From assembly GCA_965206595.1 (NCBI GenBank), contig OZ242214.1, positions 1,248,001 to 1,312,000 on the forward strand: a DNA stretch of 64,000 nt, written 5' to 3'. The notes beneath the pieces are model-generated. The model saw only the letters and a list, made by a program, of their open reading frames with translations, was not told the origin of the DNA and searched no databases. The number at the start of each line of letters is the position of its first letter. Positions within the stretch are counted from its first letter, which is position 1. Origin of the DNA: Candidatus Latescibacterota bacterium. Lineage in GTDB: Bacteria; Latescibacterota; UBA2968; UBA8231. The translations under genes and the position numbers were made by a program. This document shows, in pieces, positions 17,782 to 26,997 of this stretch.

Positions 17782-19433
17782 GCTCCCGCGGCGGCCGGCG
17801 CCAGGCGGGCGGGCATCGGTTTGAACTGGCAGCCCTCGACGAAGACCTCGAAGAAGTCGGGGGTCGTCTCGAGTTCGAGGTGCTCGATGTCGTGGACGAG
17901 TGTTTCGATTTGGGCGCGCCGCCGGCGGTTGAGCAGCACCTCCCGGGCCCCCTGGACCGCGGCGTTTCCGACCTTGACGATGCGCTCCCGCGGCACCGGG
18001 GCGAGGAAGCCGATGTCGATGGCGTTGCCGATGTCGATGTAATTGGCGAAACCTCCGGCGAGGTAGAGCCTGGAGATGTCGCCGGGATCGACTCCGAACG
18101 CGCGCAGGGTGATGAACTGCCCGCAGAAATTGGCCGCCTTGGCTTGCGCGAGGTTGCTGGCGTCGTCGCGCGAGAAGGTGATGCCGTGCTCGGGAATCAG
18201 GGTCATCTCCCGCTGCTTCCTGTCCCCGAAGACCCCCATTTCCGTCATCCGTCCGCGGCGCCGCAGCTCGGCGAGGAGATCGACCAGGCCGGAGCCGCAG
18301 ATTCCCTGCGGAGGCAGCCCCCCGATCGTCGTGTACTCGAACTCCCGGCTGCCGTTTGGGGCGAGGCGCAGCGATTCGATCGCCCCCTCGTATCCCGGCA
18401 TGCCGAACTTGACGAGCCCGCCCTCGAAGGCGGGGCCGGCCGGACAGGAGGCGGTCAGCATGCGGCCCCGTCCGGCGACGACGACCTCGGTGTTGGTGCC
18501 GACGTCGACAATCATGGCAGCCTCGTCGGCGTCGCGGTCAATACCGCAGGCGGCGATGGCCGCGGCCGTATCGGCGCCGACGTGGCTGGCGATCAGCGGC
18601 ATGCCGTAGACCTTGGTGTGCAGGTTGGCGCGCAGTCCGAGGCGGCGGGCGTCCGCGACCAGGGCGGTGGTCGGCCTGTTGCCCTCGAGGTAATCCTGCT
18701 CGATCAGCGATTTGTACGGCTTCTGCCCGATGCTCTGCACGTCGAGCTTGAACAGCAGGTCGCGCATGGTCGAGTTGCCGGCGACGACGATCTCGTAGAT
18801 CTCCTGCCGGGCGAACCCGAAGCGCCTGCCCAGCTCGACGATCTCGTGGCTGACCGCGTTGGCCAGGGACCGCTGCAGCTCTCCCCTGAATTCGCCGCCG
18901 TCGTAGGAAATGCGGTGCATGATGTCGCTGCCGCCGAAGCGCTGGGGATTCTCGAAGGATCTCACCGAGACCGTCGCTCCCGATTCCAGGTCGATCAGCT
19001 GCATCACCACCGTGGTGGTGCCGAGGTCGATCGCCAGCCCGTAGAGGTGCCCGCGGTAGGCGTCGACCGGCTCGCCATCGTAGAGCACGTCGACGCCCCG
19101 GCGCGTCACCACCGGGTCGAGGGGGATCTCCTTTTGGACGCCCGCGGTCAGGATCTTCGGCGTCCGCCGTAGCGGGGCGAACTCGACGTCGACGTCGTCG
19201 CGGAGGATCTCGGCCTGGCAGGCGAGGCGGTAGTTGTCGCGCAGGAAGGACTCCGCCTCGGTGGGCTGCGTCAGGGCCTCGATGCCGCTCCTGATCTCGA
19301 CCACGCACTCGTGGCAGTGGCCGGTTCGGTAGCAGGAAGTGGGCACCTGCACGGCGAGCTCGTCGGCGTAGTCGAAGATCGTCCTGCCTGGGGATAGCTC
19401 GGTCCGCATCTGGTCGTGAATCACCGTGGCCAT
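17778..19433 (-). CDS. ATP-dependent reductive corrinoid activator (RACo/RamA-like ASKHA protein with [2Fe-2S] domain)
   Basis: N-terminal SC...GHCHEC...RLAC; DLGTTT, NPQ.FG.DI..RI, HVGAD, DVGTNTE, AGPAFEG, GICGSG, LAGGF, VGNAA. Confidence 0.9.
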   Translation of the reverse strand: MATVIHDQMRTELSPGRTIFDYADELAVQVPTSCYRTGHCHECVVEIRSGIEALTQPTEAESFLRDNYRLACQAEILRDDVDVEFAPLRRTPKILTAGVQKEIPLDPVVTRRGVDVLYDGEPVDAYRGHLYGLAIDLGTTTVVMQLIDLESGATVSVRSFENPQRFGGSDIMHRISYDGGEFRGELQRSLANAVSHEIVELGRRFGFARQEIYEIVVAGNSTMRDLLFKLDVQSIGQKPYKSLIEQDYLEGNRPTTALVADARRLGLRANLHTKVYGMPLIASHVGADTAAAIAACGIDRDADEAAMIVDVGTNTEVVVAGRGRMLTASCPAGPAFEGGLVKFGMPGYEGAIESLRLAPNGSREFEYTTIGGLPPQGICGSGLVDLLAELRRRGRMTEMGVFGDRKQREMTLIPEHGITFSRDDASNLAQAKAANFCGQFITLRAFGVDPGDISRLYLAGGFANYIDIGNAIDIGFLAPVPRERIVKVGNAAVQGAREVLLNRRRRAQIETLVHDIEHLELETTPDFFEVFVEGCQFKPMPARLAPAAAGA

Positions 19434-19434
19434 G

Positions 19435-19752
19435 TCACCCGCTCCGGCGGCGGTCTCCGGCCTTTCCCCTGATGCGGGAGATCTTGTCCCGGGCCTTCTC
19501 GACGGCCCCGGGGTCGGAGTCCCAGGCGTCGCGGTAGTCGAAACTGCCGTCGTGGCCGCAGATGAGCGGAGACCCTTCGGAGCGCGCCGGCAGCTGGTTG
19601 CGGCAGCGGATCTTCGCCGTGCACTCGTCGTGGCGGTTGCGGTACGGGCAGCGGTAACGCGACTGCTCGTCGGCGTGGGAGACCATGTCGGCGAACAGCC
19701 CGGTGATACGGTCGAGACGCTGTTGGTACTCCTCCTGGGTGATCTTGCGCAT
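19435..19752 (-). CDS. Small Cys-rich hypothetical protein
   Basis: RCPYRNRHDECTAKIRCRNQ...ICGHD. Tightly packed in the operon with an RBS (GGAAGG). Confidence 0.7.
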   Translation of the reverse strand: MRKITQEEYQQRLDRITGLFADMVSHADEQSRYRCPYRNRHDECTAKIRCRNQLPARSEGSPLICGHDGSFDYRDAWDSDPGAVEKARDKISRIRGKAGDRRRSG

Positions 19753-19764
19753 CGTGCCTTCCGC

Positions 19765-20514
19765 TCAGGCCTTCTCGGCGACCAGCTCCTTGGCGAGGGC
19801 GACGCAGGCCAGGGCGTCCTTGCCGTAGCCGTCTGCCCCCATGTCGTCGGCGAACTCCTGGGTCACCGGCGCTCCGCCGACCATGATCTGCACGTCGTCG
19901 CGCAGATCATGGTCGATGAACGCCTCGATGGTCTTGCCCATGTTCGGCATCGTCGTGGTCAGCAGCGCCGACATCCCGATCAGGGGCGCCCCGTGCTCCT
20001 CGACGGCGTCTATGAATTCATCTCCGGAGGTGTCGACCCCGAGGTCGATGACCTCGAAGCCCGATCCCCGAAGCATCATGATGCAGAGGTTCTTGCCGAT
20101 GTCGTGGAGGTCCCCCTTGACGGTCCCCATGATCACGGTGCCGGCGTTCTCCACGCCCGCGGCCGACAGGATCGGCTCGATGTGGGCCATGCCGGCTTTC
20201 ATGGCCCGCGCGCAGGAGAGCACTTCGGGGACGAAGATGAAGTTCTCCCGGAACTTGATGCCGACGATGCCCATGCCGGCAATGAGGCCGTCGTCCATGA
20301 CTTCGAGCGCCTCGATGCCCTCGTCCAGGGCCTGTTGCGAAAGCCGGTCGACGGTCCCGTGGTCTCCCTCGATCAGGGCCGCGGCGATTTCCTGCATGAG
20401 CGGCCGGGCGGCGGCGAACAGCTCGACGGTGCGCTCGATTTCCTCGGGCCGCTCTACGTATTCCTCGATTTCGAAGCGGATCGTTTCGTTCTGAATGTCG
20501 GACAGTTCAGCCAT
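19765..20514 (-). CDS. Corrinoid (B12-binding) protein, MtaC/MttC-like
   Basis: Cap domain (GLIAGM...F.PEVL..ARAM) plus GDLHDIGKN (DxHxxG), SALLTTT, VGGA. Start taken at ATG 20514. Confidence 0.92.
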   Translation of the reverse strand: MAELSDIQNETIRFEIEEYVERPEEIERTVELFAAARPLMQEIAAALIEGDHGTVDRLSQQALDEGIEALEVMDDGLIAGMGIVGIKFRENFIFVPEVLSCARAMKAGMAHIEPILSAAGVENAGTVIMGTVKGDLHDIGKNLCIMMLRGSGFEVIDLGVDTSGDEFIDAVEEHGAPLIGMSALLTTTMPNMGKTIEAFIDHDLRDDVQIMVGGAPVTQEFADDMGADGYGKDALACVALAKELVAEKA

Positions 20515-20516
20515 CG

Positions 20517-21578
20517 TCAATTCAGCGTCGCCTTGGTTGCCGAAGAGGCGCGCTCCCGGTGCCAGTCCTGCACCGCTTTGGGGATTTCCACCAAATTCTC
20601 GATTGCCGTCTGCAGCGGTATGGCGCATTCCGGGCCGACCAGCTGCACGCCGGCGTCGAGGTTTCGGTATACTTCGGCGCGCACCTCTTCGGGGCCCTTC
20701 GAGAACAGCGTTTCCGGGTTGTTGATGTTGCCGACCAGCGAGATCCGCTGCCGCATGATGTCGACGGATTCCTGCGGCTTGTTCTTCGAGTCGTAGTGGA
20801 AAGCGGCCATCCCGGTCTGGGCGATGTACTCCATGCGGTCGACGGTGCGCCCGCAGATGTGGAGAATCAGCGGAATCGGGATGCTCTCGCTGAACTCGAT
20901 GTGCATGTCGCGCAGATAGCGTTCGTAGTACTCGCCGCTGACCAGGTCGCCGGTGGCGTGGTCGGGCAGGGTCAGGGCGTCGGCGCCGGCCTCGATCTGG
21001 GCGACGCCGAAGTCGACGGTGACTTTCTTCAGCTTGTCGAGGATGGCGCGCGTGGCATCCGGATCGTCGAGCGACAGCAACAGGAAGGGCTCGACGCCGA
21101 AGCAGTGGTAGGCGAGCGACCAGGGCCCCATGGTCTTGCCGATAACCGCGACCTCGTCGCCGTACTCCCGCTTGAGGATGGAGATCGCCTCGAGGACGCA
21201 GCGGGTGTCGGGGTGAGTGCAGAGATCGTCCGGAATGACGATGTCCTCCAGCTTCTCGTAGATCGGCTCGCGCATGCGCACCGTCGGCCAGTTGTCCTTC
21301 TGCTCCCACTGGATCTTGCAGCCGAGGGCCGAGGACTCCTGGATGATCGTGAATACCGGCATGATGGTGTCGAAGCCGAGCTCCGTGTACCCGGTGGCCG
21401 CGAGGCGGGCCATGAGCTCGGGCTTGCGGTTGGCCTCGGGAAAGGGGGCGCCGACGAGGTCCATCAGCTCGACGGTCGCCACCGAGGTCGGATTGCACAC
21501 GGGGGTGCGGTCGACCGGCTCCCGGCGCAGCGCCGCGAGCACGCGCTCGCGGCTCGTCATCGGTTTGATATCTGCCAT
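20517..21578 (-). CDS. MtaA/CmuA-family methyltransferase (uroporphyrinogen decarboxylase fold)
   Basis: MTSRERVLAAL, GPWSLA, ILHICG (HxC Zn motif), GNINN, GPEC. ATG at 21578 with a GGAG RBS. Confidence 0.88.
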   Translation of the reverse strand: MADIKPMTSRERVLAALRREPVDRTPVCNPTSVATVELMDLVGAPFPEANRKPELMARLAATGYTELGFDTIMPVFTIIQESSALGCKIQWEQKDNWPTVRMREPIYEKLEDIVIPDDLCTHPDTRCVLEAISILKREYGDEVAVIGKTMGPWSLAYHCFGVEPFLLLSLDDPDATRAILDKLKKVTVDFGVAQIEAGADALTLPDHATGDLVSGEYYERYLRDMHIEFSESIPIPLILHICGRTVDRMEYIAQTGMAAFHYDSKNKPQESVDIMRQRISLVGNINNPETLFSKGPEEVRAEVYRNLDAGVQLVGPECAIPLQTAIENLVEIPKAVQDWHRERASSATKATLN

Positions 21579-21649
21579 GAGACGTTCTCCTTTTCGGTTT
21601 CCTGCTTCGTCTTTTCTGTCCCGGTCACAGATCCCCTGATGTCCTCGAG

Positions 21650-22297
21650 CTACCGGTCCTGCGCGCTCGGAGCGGAGAGAACTCCCCGCGCCGCCGCGGC
21701 CTCGGCCTCGCGCATGGCGGTGCGCACGTTGAGGGCCCGGGGCAGCAGCACGGCGACGAGGTTGTCGTGCGCCTGGCCGCATTCGAAGCGGACCTGGTCC
21801 CGACGGTCGCCGGCCGGCTCCATTTCCCCGAGCTTGGCGAGGCCGCCTGCCGTGGCGGCGACGCGCCGCAAGGTCATGCTTTCGCCCGGGTCGTCCGCGG
21901 TTACAGTGTACAGACCTTCCCCCTCGCTGACGGCAACCATCTCCTTGCCGGCCTTCTTGTCGAAAACGCTCAAAGGTCTGGGGGCGAGGTCGCTGCCGTT
22001 GGGGAGCTTGCAGGCCTCGAGGAACAGCCGCCGACAGGCCAGCTCATGGCCGCGGCCGCAGGGAAAGCGCAGGCAGCCCGGGTTCTCCGGAGAGTCCTCG
22101 ACGTTTCCCATCACCTTCATCGCCTCGGTGATGAAGCCGACCCGTTCGCCGGCGTCTTCCCTGCCGCTGTAGGTGTGGACGAGAAACTCGGCCCCGCCGG
22201 ATTCCTCCCGGCGGTACAGAGCTATGGAGATCTCCTCGCAGTGCAAGTCCATCGGCACGAGCTCGATGCGGGAGCCGAGGTCGAGGATCCGGGGCAT
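21650..22297 (-). CDS. Hypothetical protein with two RFxCGxxH motifs (first gene of operon)
   Basis: 215 aa, AAGG RBS; LRFPCGRGH and VRFECGQAH. Confidence 0.75.
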   Translation of the reverse strand: MPRILDLGSRIELVPMDLHCEEISIALYRREESGGAEFLVHTYSGREDAGERVGFITEAMKVMGNVEDSPENPGCLRFPCGRGHELACRRLFLEACKLPNGSDLAPRPLSVFDKKAGKEMVAVSEGEGLYTVTADDPGESMTLRRVAATAGGLAKLGEMEPAGDRRDQVRFECGQAHDNLVAVLLPRALNVRTAMREAEAAAARGVLSAPSAQDR

Positions 22298-22352
22298 GGC
22301 AACCTTCCTTGACAGCGCGCTGCCGGCTGAGTATCAATAGAAAATCTGCCTG

Positions 22353-22365
22353 ATGGTCAGACCAT
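22353..22365. promoter_or_regulatory. FadR-subfamily GntR operator palindrome ATGGTCAGACCAT
   Basis: Palindrome matching the TGGTCNGACCA FadR-type consensus, between the divergent operon and regulator. TTGACA at 22309-22314 lies nearby. Confidence 0.75.
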
Positions 22366-22405
22366 TGGCAACAGGAAAGTACGAAGGCAGCAGATAAAAG
22401 CAATC

Positions 22406-23164
22406 ATGAGTTCAGGTGAAACGAGCCGAGGGAGGGCGGGAGCCGCGGAAGGAGCGGAGTTGCTGCGGCCGGTCCCGAAAAGCTCGGTCAGCGAGGCCAT
22501 CGTCGATCAGATCATCGACCTGATTTCGCGCAACGTGCTCAAACCGGGGGACCGGCTGCCGTCCGAGCGGGAGCTGTGTGGTCGCTTCGCGGTCGGGAGA
22601 ACCTCGGTCCGCGAGGCCCTGCGGTCGCTGTCGGTGATGGGCATCCTCACCGGCCGCGTCGGGGACGGCACCTTCGTGGCGGACAACGAGAGCTACCTCG
22701 GGCGCGCCTACGAGTGGGGCTTCGCCCTCGACCCGAAGCAGGTCGGCGACCTCATAGAAACGCGGCTCATGCTCGAGTCCAACACGGCGTCGTGGGCCGC
22801 GGAGCGCGCAACCGGGGAGAACCTCGATGCGATCGCGGCGACGCTGCGCGGAATGGAGAAGGAGATCGAGCGGCCGGGGGAGTTCCTCGAGTTCGACGTC
22901 GCCTTCCACCTCGAGGTCGCCCGCGCCGCCCACAACTCGATTCTCTACAACCTGGTGCGCACCACCCGCGGCTACCTGCAGGAGTGGATCAAGGGGAGCC
23001 TGGAAACCTCGTCATCCCGGGCGGCGGGCAGGGCCCGCCTTTCGGTTGCCCAGCATCACGAGGTGTTCGACGCCCTCGCCGACAAGGACGCCAAGGCTGC
23101 GCGCGAGCGCATGCGCGCCCACGTCCTGTCGAGCAGCAAGGATTTTCAGTCCCACCTGCGTTGA
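22406..23164 (+). CDS. FadR/GntR family transcriptional regulator
   Basis: GDRLPSEREL...VGRTSVREAL...GDGTFV wHTH; FCD domain (DVAFHLEVA, HNSIL). Confidence 0.95.
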   Translation: MSSGETSRGRAGAAEGAELLRPVPKSSVSEAIVDQIIDLISRNVLKPGDRLPSERELCGRFAVGRTSVREALRSLSVMGILTGRVGDGTFVADNESYLGRAYEWGFALDPKQVGDLIETRLMLESNTASWAAERATGENLDAIAATLRGMEKEIERPGEFLEFDVAFHLEVARAAHNSILYNLVRTTRGYLQEWIKGSLETSSSRAAGRARLSVAQHHEVFDALADKDAKAARERMRAHVLSSSKDFQSHLR

Positions 23165-24750
23165 GGCGCCGGGGCTCGAACCGCCCTGCGGATTGCCTGA
23201 GACGGTCCTGCGACCATCACCGGATTGCTCTCGTTCCCCAGGCGGTCGACGGCGCTTACCGCAAACTCCCGGCGCTCTGCGCGCCCGGGTCCCGACCACG
23301 ACAGCCCGCGGGGATCGAGTTCGTGGCCTGTCCGGGTGCCGGGAAGGATGTGGTAGGTCCAGCTCGTTCCCGCCTTCGAGTACACCACGTAGAGAAACGG
23401 GTCTTCCCCGGCCGGCTGCTTCCATGAAAGTTCGACCCGGCTGCCGTTCCGTACCATCGGGGCAACCTCCGGAGGCGGCGGCGGGGTGGAGTCGAGCCAG
23501 GTCCAGCGGGGAACGAGCGCCGGCTGGGCGTAGAGCCGGGCCCCGATCGAGGTGGCCAGCTGCCGGGAGGGGCCACTTTCGGCTTGGATGGCGCGCATGC
23601 TGAAGTGCAGATGCCCGTCGCTCTCGAGGATGTCGCGAGCCAACGCGATCTGGTCGATCACCTCCCTGGCAGGCCACTTGCCCTGGCTCACCCTGCTGGT
23701 GAACATGCCCGGCCAGAGGTGGCGGCCTTGGAGGTTGTTCTCCCGCCACCAGGAAAGCAGGGCAGGGAAGCTCCGGGCCTCGGCGGCGATCCGCCAGTAC
23801 AGTTGGGGGGCGAGGTAATCCAGCCACCCCTGCCGCAGCCACAGGCGGGGGTCGGCGAAGAGGGTTTCGTACTGGTCCACTCCCCCTTCCGTGCCGGGAG
23901 GATGCCCCGGCCTCCAGATGCCGAACGGACTGATGCCGACCTTTACCTCGGGCCGCCGCTGTTTGACTTCCCGGTAGAGATCGCGGACGAAATCGTCGAC
24001 GTTGCCGCGGCGCCAGTCGGACCGAGACAGGGAGCCCCCGGAATCGCGATAGGCCGCCCAGCTGTCCCCATCGGGAAAATCCGCGCCGTCGTTGTAGGAG
24101 GGGTACGGGTAGAAGTAGTCGTCGAGGTGGATGCCGTCGACGTCGTAGTGTTCGACGACCTCGAGGATGACCGCCATGGTGTGCGCCCGCGCCTCGGGAC
24201 GCCCGGGGTCGAGCCAGTAGTAGCCCTTGCCGCCGAGCCGGAGCGCGAGGTCGGGGCGCCGCGAGACGATCGACCGGGGAGACAGTTTTCCCCTGTGCCC
24301 GGGGTGGTTGGCGCGGAACGGATTGACCCAGGCGTGGAGCTCGAGGCCGCGGGCGTGCGCCTCGTCGACCCAGAAGCTCAGGGGATCGTAGATCGGCTGC
24401 GGCGGGAGCCCCTGCTCGCCGCTGAGAAAGAAGGACCACGGCTCGAGGGCGGAGGGGTAGATGACGTCGCACTGCGACCTGATCTGAAGGATCACGGCGT
24501 TGAAGTTGAGGGCGCGGCAGCGCTGGAGGATGGCGATCGCTTCGGCCTGCTGGGTGCGGCTCGGAAGGCCGGGGGCCGACGGCCAGTCGATGTTGGCGAC
24601 CGTCGCCACCCATACGCCGCGGAACTCACGGGCAGGCGCCGGCAGGTCCGCGCGGTAGAGCGGGCGGGGGGTGGGAAGTGAGCAGGAAAGGACGAACCCG
24701 GCCGCGAGCGCCGCGCCGAAGCGCTGGGCGCGGGGCGGGTTCCTATCCAT
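23146..24750 (-). CDS. GHL10 (DUF187/YddW-like) glycoside hydrolase lipoprotein
   Basis: REFRGVWVATVANIDWPS, HAWVNPFR, DGIHLDDYFYPY, GISPFGIW, PQLYW; lipobox VLSC. Confidence 0.88.
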   Translation of the reverse strand: MDRNPPRAQRFGAALAAGFVLSCSLPTPRPLYRADLPAPAREFRGVWVATVANIDWPSAPGLPSRTQQAEAIAILQRCRALNFNAVILQIRSQCDVIYPSALEPWSFFLSGEQGLPPQPIYDPLSFWVDEAHARGLELHAWVNPFRANHPGHRGKLSPRSIVSRRPDLALRLGGKGYYWLDPGRPEARAHTMAVILEVVEHYDVDGIHLDDYFYPYPSYNDGADFPDGDSWAAYRDSGGSLSRSDWRRGNVDDFVRDLYREVKQRRPEVKVGISPFGIWRPGHPPGTEGGVDQYETLFADPRLWLRQGWLDYLAPQLYWRIAAEARSFPALLSWWRENNLQGRHLWPGMFTSRVSQGKWPAREVIDQIALARDILESDGHLHFSMRAIQAESGPSRQLATSIGARLYAQPALVPRWTWLDSTPPPPPEVAPMVRNGSRVELSWKQPAGEDPFLYVVYSKAGTSWTYHILPGTRTGHELDPRGLSWSGPGRAERREFAVSAVDRLGNESNPVMVAGPSQAIRRAVRAPAPQRRWD

Positions 24751-25756
24751 CAATAAGGGTGCGATTGATGAACTCGGTGATGTCCTCAATCTTTTCGAGT
24801 TCGGTGGTCAGCAGGCTCTGCGCGATCCGCCGGGTGAGGTCAAGGGTCGGGGGGTCCATGTCCAGCGGCGGGGTTTGGGCCCTGGCGAGCAGCAGACAGC
24901 CGAAGTTCCTCACCGCGGAGCGCTCGACCTGTGGCTGCCGAGCGTACCGGGCGACGCTGAAATAGGACAACCAGAAGACGTTGATGGCCTCGAGGTATGC
25001 GGCCTTCTGCGGGCTGTTGATGATCGCCTTGAGACACAGGTCGCTGCAGTAGAAGGCGAGGTCGAATTCCGGGCTCCCGAAATGGGCGGTGGCGAAATCG
25101 ATGAGGTAGATCGAACCCTTGTTGACCCAGACGTTGCGCGGGCGAAGGTCGCCCAGCACCATGACCCTGCCGCCCTTCAACAGCTCTTTGGACTGATCCT
25201 CGATGACCTTCTTGTACTCGGGAAATGCTTCGGCGATTCGGCCGTACGCAGGGGCGATGCGCAACTGCTCGAAGGGCTTGCGGTCATTGAACATTTCCCT
25301 CAAGGCGCGCGCGTTTACCGTGTCGTTGTGAACCGTGGCGAGCAGCTCCCCGCACTGGGCGGCGATTTGCAGGTCGACGCGCCCGCGCAGGAGCTCGTTC
25401 TCCCACAGCAGGGCCTCGCGGGGGGGGGCCGTGGTGACGAGGATGAAATTGCTGCGGTCCAGCAGAAGGGAGGTGGGAACGAAGTCGGGGGGAACGATCT
25501 CGGCGAGCACGCCGATACAGGCGTTCTCATGGAAGATCCGCTTGCGGTCGAGATAGATGCGCTCCTTGGTCTGCTGGATCCGCGAGTGCGCCTGCTTGAC
25601 GATCAGCCGCTTCCGCGAGGTGACGACCGCGTAGATGGTGTTCTTCCTGCCGTCTCCCACCGGGTCAATCTCCCGGATCGATTCCCCCTGAACGACGATC
25701 TTCTTGCGGCGCAGGTACGGCGGGAGCGATTTCTTGTCGAGGTTGATTATGGGCAT
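24743..25756 (-). CDS. Aminoglycoside phosphotransferase / methylthioribose kinase-like protein
   Basis: GDGRKN, IVKQA, LATVH, GDLRPRN, IDF..AHFGSPEFDLAF. Confidence 0.7.
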   Translation of the reverse strand: MPIINLDKKSLPPYLRRKKIVVQGESIREIDPVGDGRKNTIYAVVTSRKRLIVKQAHSRIQQTKERIYLDRKRIFHENACIGVLAEIVPPDFVPTSLLLDRSNFILVTTAPPREALLWENELLRGRVDLQIAAQCGELLATVHNDTVNARALREMFNDRKPFEQLRIAPAYGRIAEAFPEYKKVIEDQSKELLKGGRVMVLGDLRPRNVWVNKGSIYLIDFATAHFGSPEFDLAFYCSDLCLKAIINSPQKAAYLEAINVFWLSYFSVARYARQPQVERSAVRNFGCLLLARAQTPPLDMDPPTLDLTRRIAQSLLTTELEKIEDITEFINRTLIDG

Positions 25757-25766
25757 GACTCGGGTA

Positions 25767-26711
25767 TCATCCGGTTGATGGCCGCGGCGGCGAGACGACT
25801 GCTGCGCCAGCCGCATCTTCGGGTTGTGGGGAGAGGGGGCGGACCGCGGCCATTTCGAAGCCGCTCACCTGCCGTTCGGCGTGGTACGAGCTGCGCACCA
25901 AGGGGCCGGATTCGACGTGGCGGAAGCCGAGCTTCAGCGCGTAGTCGCGGAGTTCCACGAATTCGTTCGGAGGCACGAAACGGGCGACCGGGTGGTGGCC
26001 CTTCGAGGGGCTGAGGTACTGGCCGAGAGTGAGGATGCTGCAGCCGACCGCGGCGAGATCGGCGATGACATCCTCGGTCTCCCGGCGAGTCTCACCGGCT
26101 CCGAGCATCATTCCCGACTTCGTCGGCGCCGGGCTGAGCCGGCGGGCGCGGTCGAGAAGCTCGAGCGAGCGGCGGTATTTCGCCTGCGGCCGCATGGAGC
26201 CATACAGCCGCGGGGCGGTTTCGATGTTGTGGTTGAGTATGTCGGGACCGGACTCGAGCACGGTCTGCAGCGCTTCGGGACTCCCCTGGAAATCCGGTAT
26301 CAGCACCTCGACCGTGGTACCGCGGCAGAGGCGGTGGACCTCGTCGAGGGTTCTGGCGAAGATGCGTGCGCCGCCATCGGGGAGCTCGTCCCTGTTGACC
26401 GAGGTGATCACCGCGTGCCTCAGGCCCAGGGTGGAGATGGCGCGGGCGACCCTCAGCGGTTCCCCTTCGTCGAGACCTTGCGGACGCCCGGTGCGGATGG
26501 CGCAAAAGCCGCAGCTGCGGGTGCAGATGTCTCCCAGGATCATGAAGGTCGCGGTGCGACTCCCCCAGCAATCCCCGATGTTGGGACACTGGGCGCTTTC
26601 GCACACCGTGTTGAGCCTGAGCTCCTTTACCAGTCTCTTGAGATCGAGGTAGTTGGGGCTGCCGGGGGCTCTGACCCTGAGCCAGGAAGGTAAACGGCCC
26701 TTGCTCTTCAT
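25767..26711 (-). CDS. lipA: Lipoyl synthase
   Basis: CESAQCPNIGDC, CTRSCGFC, ITSVNRDEL, NHNIET, GQYL, VRSSY. Start at ATG 26711. Confidence 0.97.
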   Translation of the reverse strand: MKSKGRLPSWLRVRAPGSPNYLDLKRLVKELRLNTVCESAQCPNIGDCWGSRTATFMILGDICTRSCGFCAIRTGRPQGLDEGEPLRVARAISTLGLRHAVITSVNRDELPDGGARIFARTLDEVHRLCRGTTVEVLIPDFQGSPEALQTVLESGPDILNHNIETAPRLYGSMRPQAKYRRSLELLDRARRLSPAPTKSGMMLGAGETRRETEDVIADLAAVGCSILTLGQYLSPSKGHHPVARFVPPNEFVELRDYALKLGFRHVESGPLVRSSYHAERQVSGFEMAAVRPLSPQPEDAAGAAVVSPPRPSTG

Positions 26712-26810
26712 ATCATCATCAAAAACAGTTAGTTGCGTCTGTTTGGCGGATGCTTCCGGCAGTTCCCGGGGTCCCGGGATTTTTAAAATATAGTGGGCCG
26801 GCAGACGTGA

Positions 26811-26850
26811 CAGCAAGTTACGCATGCATGATTGCATGCGTAACTTGTTG
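26811..26850. repeat. Long inverted repeat between ctpA and lipA
   Basis: CAAGTTACGCATGCA-TGAT-TGCATGCGTAACTTG is a perfect 15-bp stem (17/18 when extended). Confidence 0.85.
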
Positions 26851-26997
26851 AAAAACATAGATATGCAATATTTGTCGAGGAATTCATGGATAAGTGCCCA
26901 GTTGTGTAGTTTTCAGGCAGGTAAAAACAAAGGCCCGACTTCCAGACGAGGAAGCGGGCCCGGTCGGAGCAGCCGAAGGCAAACCAGAATATACGAA

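Noticed and set aside
19765-21498. 577-aa ORF as a CmuA-style MT-corrinoid fusion
   Set aside because: The upstream part is an off-frame overlap of the methyltransferase gene; the two are separate genes 2 bp apart.
13789-22297. Pyrrolysine/selenocysteine recoding or a cobalamin riboswitch in the methyltransferase operon
   Set aside because: No in-frame stops in these genes; the 108-bp upstream region is short and shows no B12-box that I can recognise.
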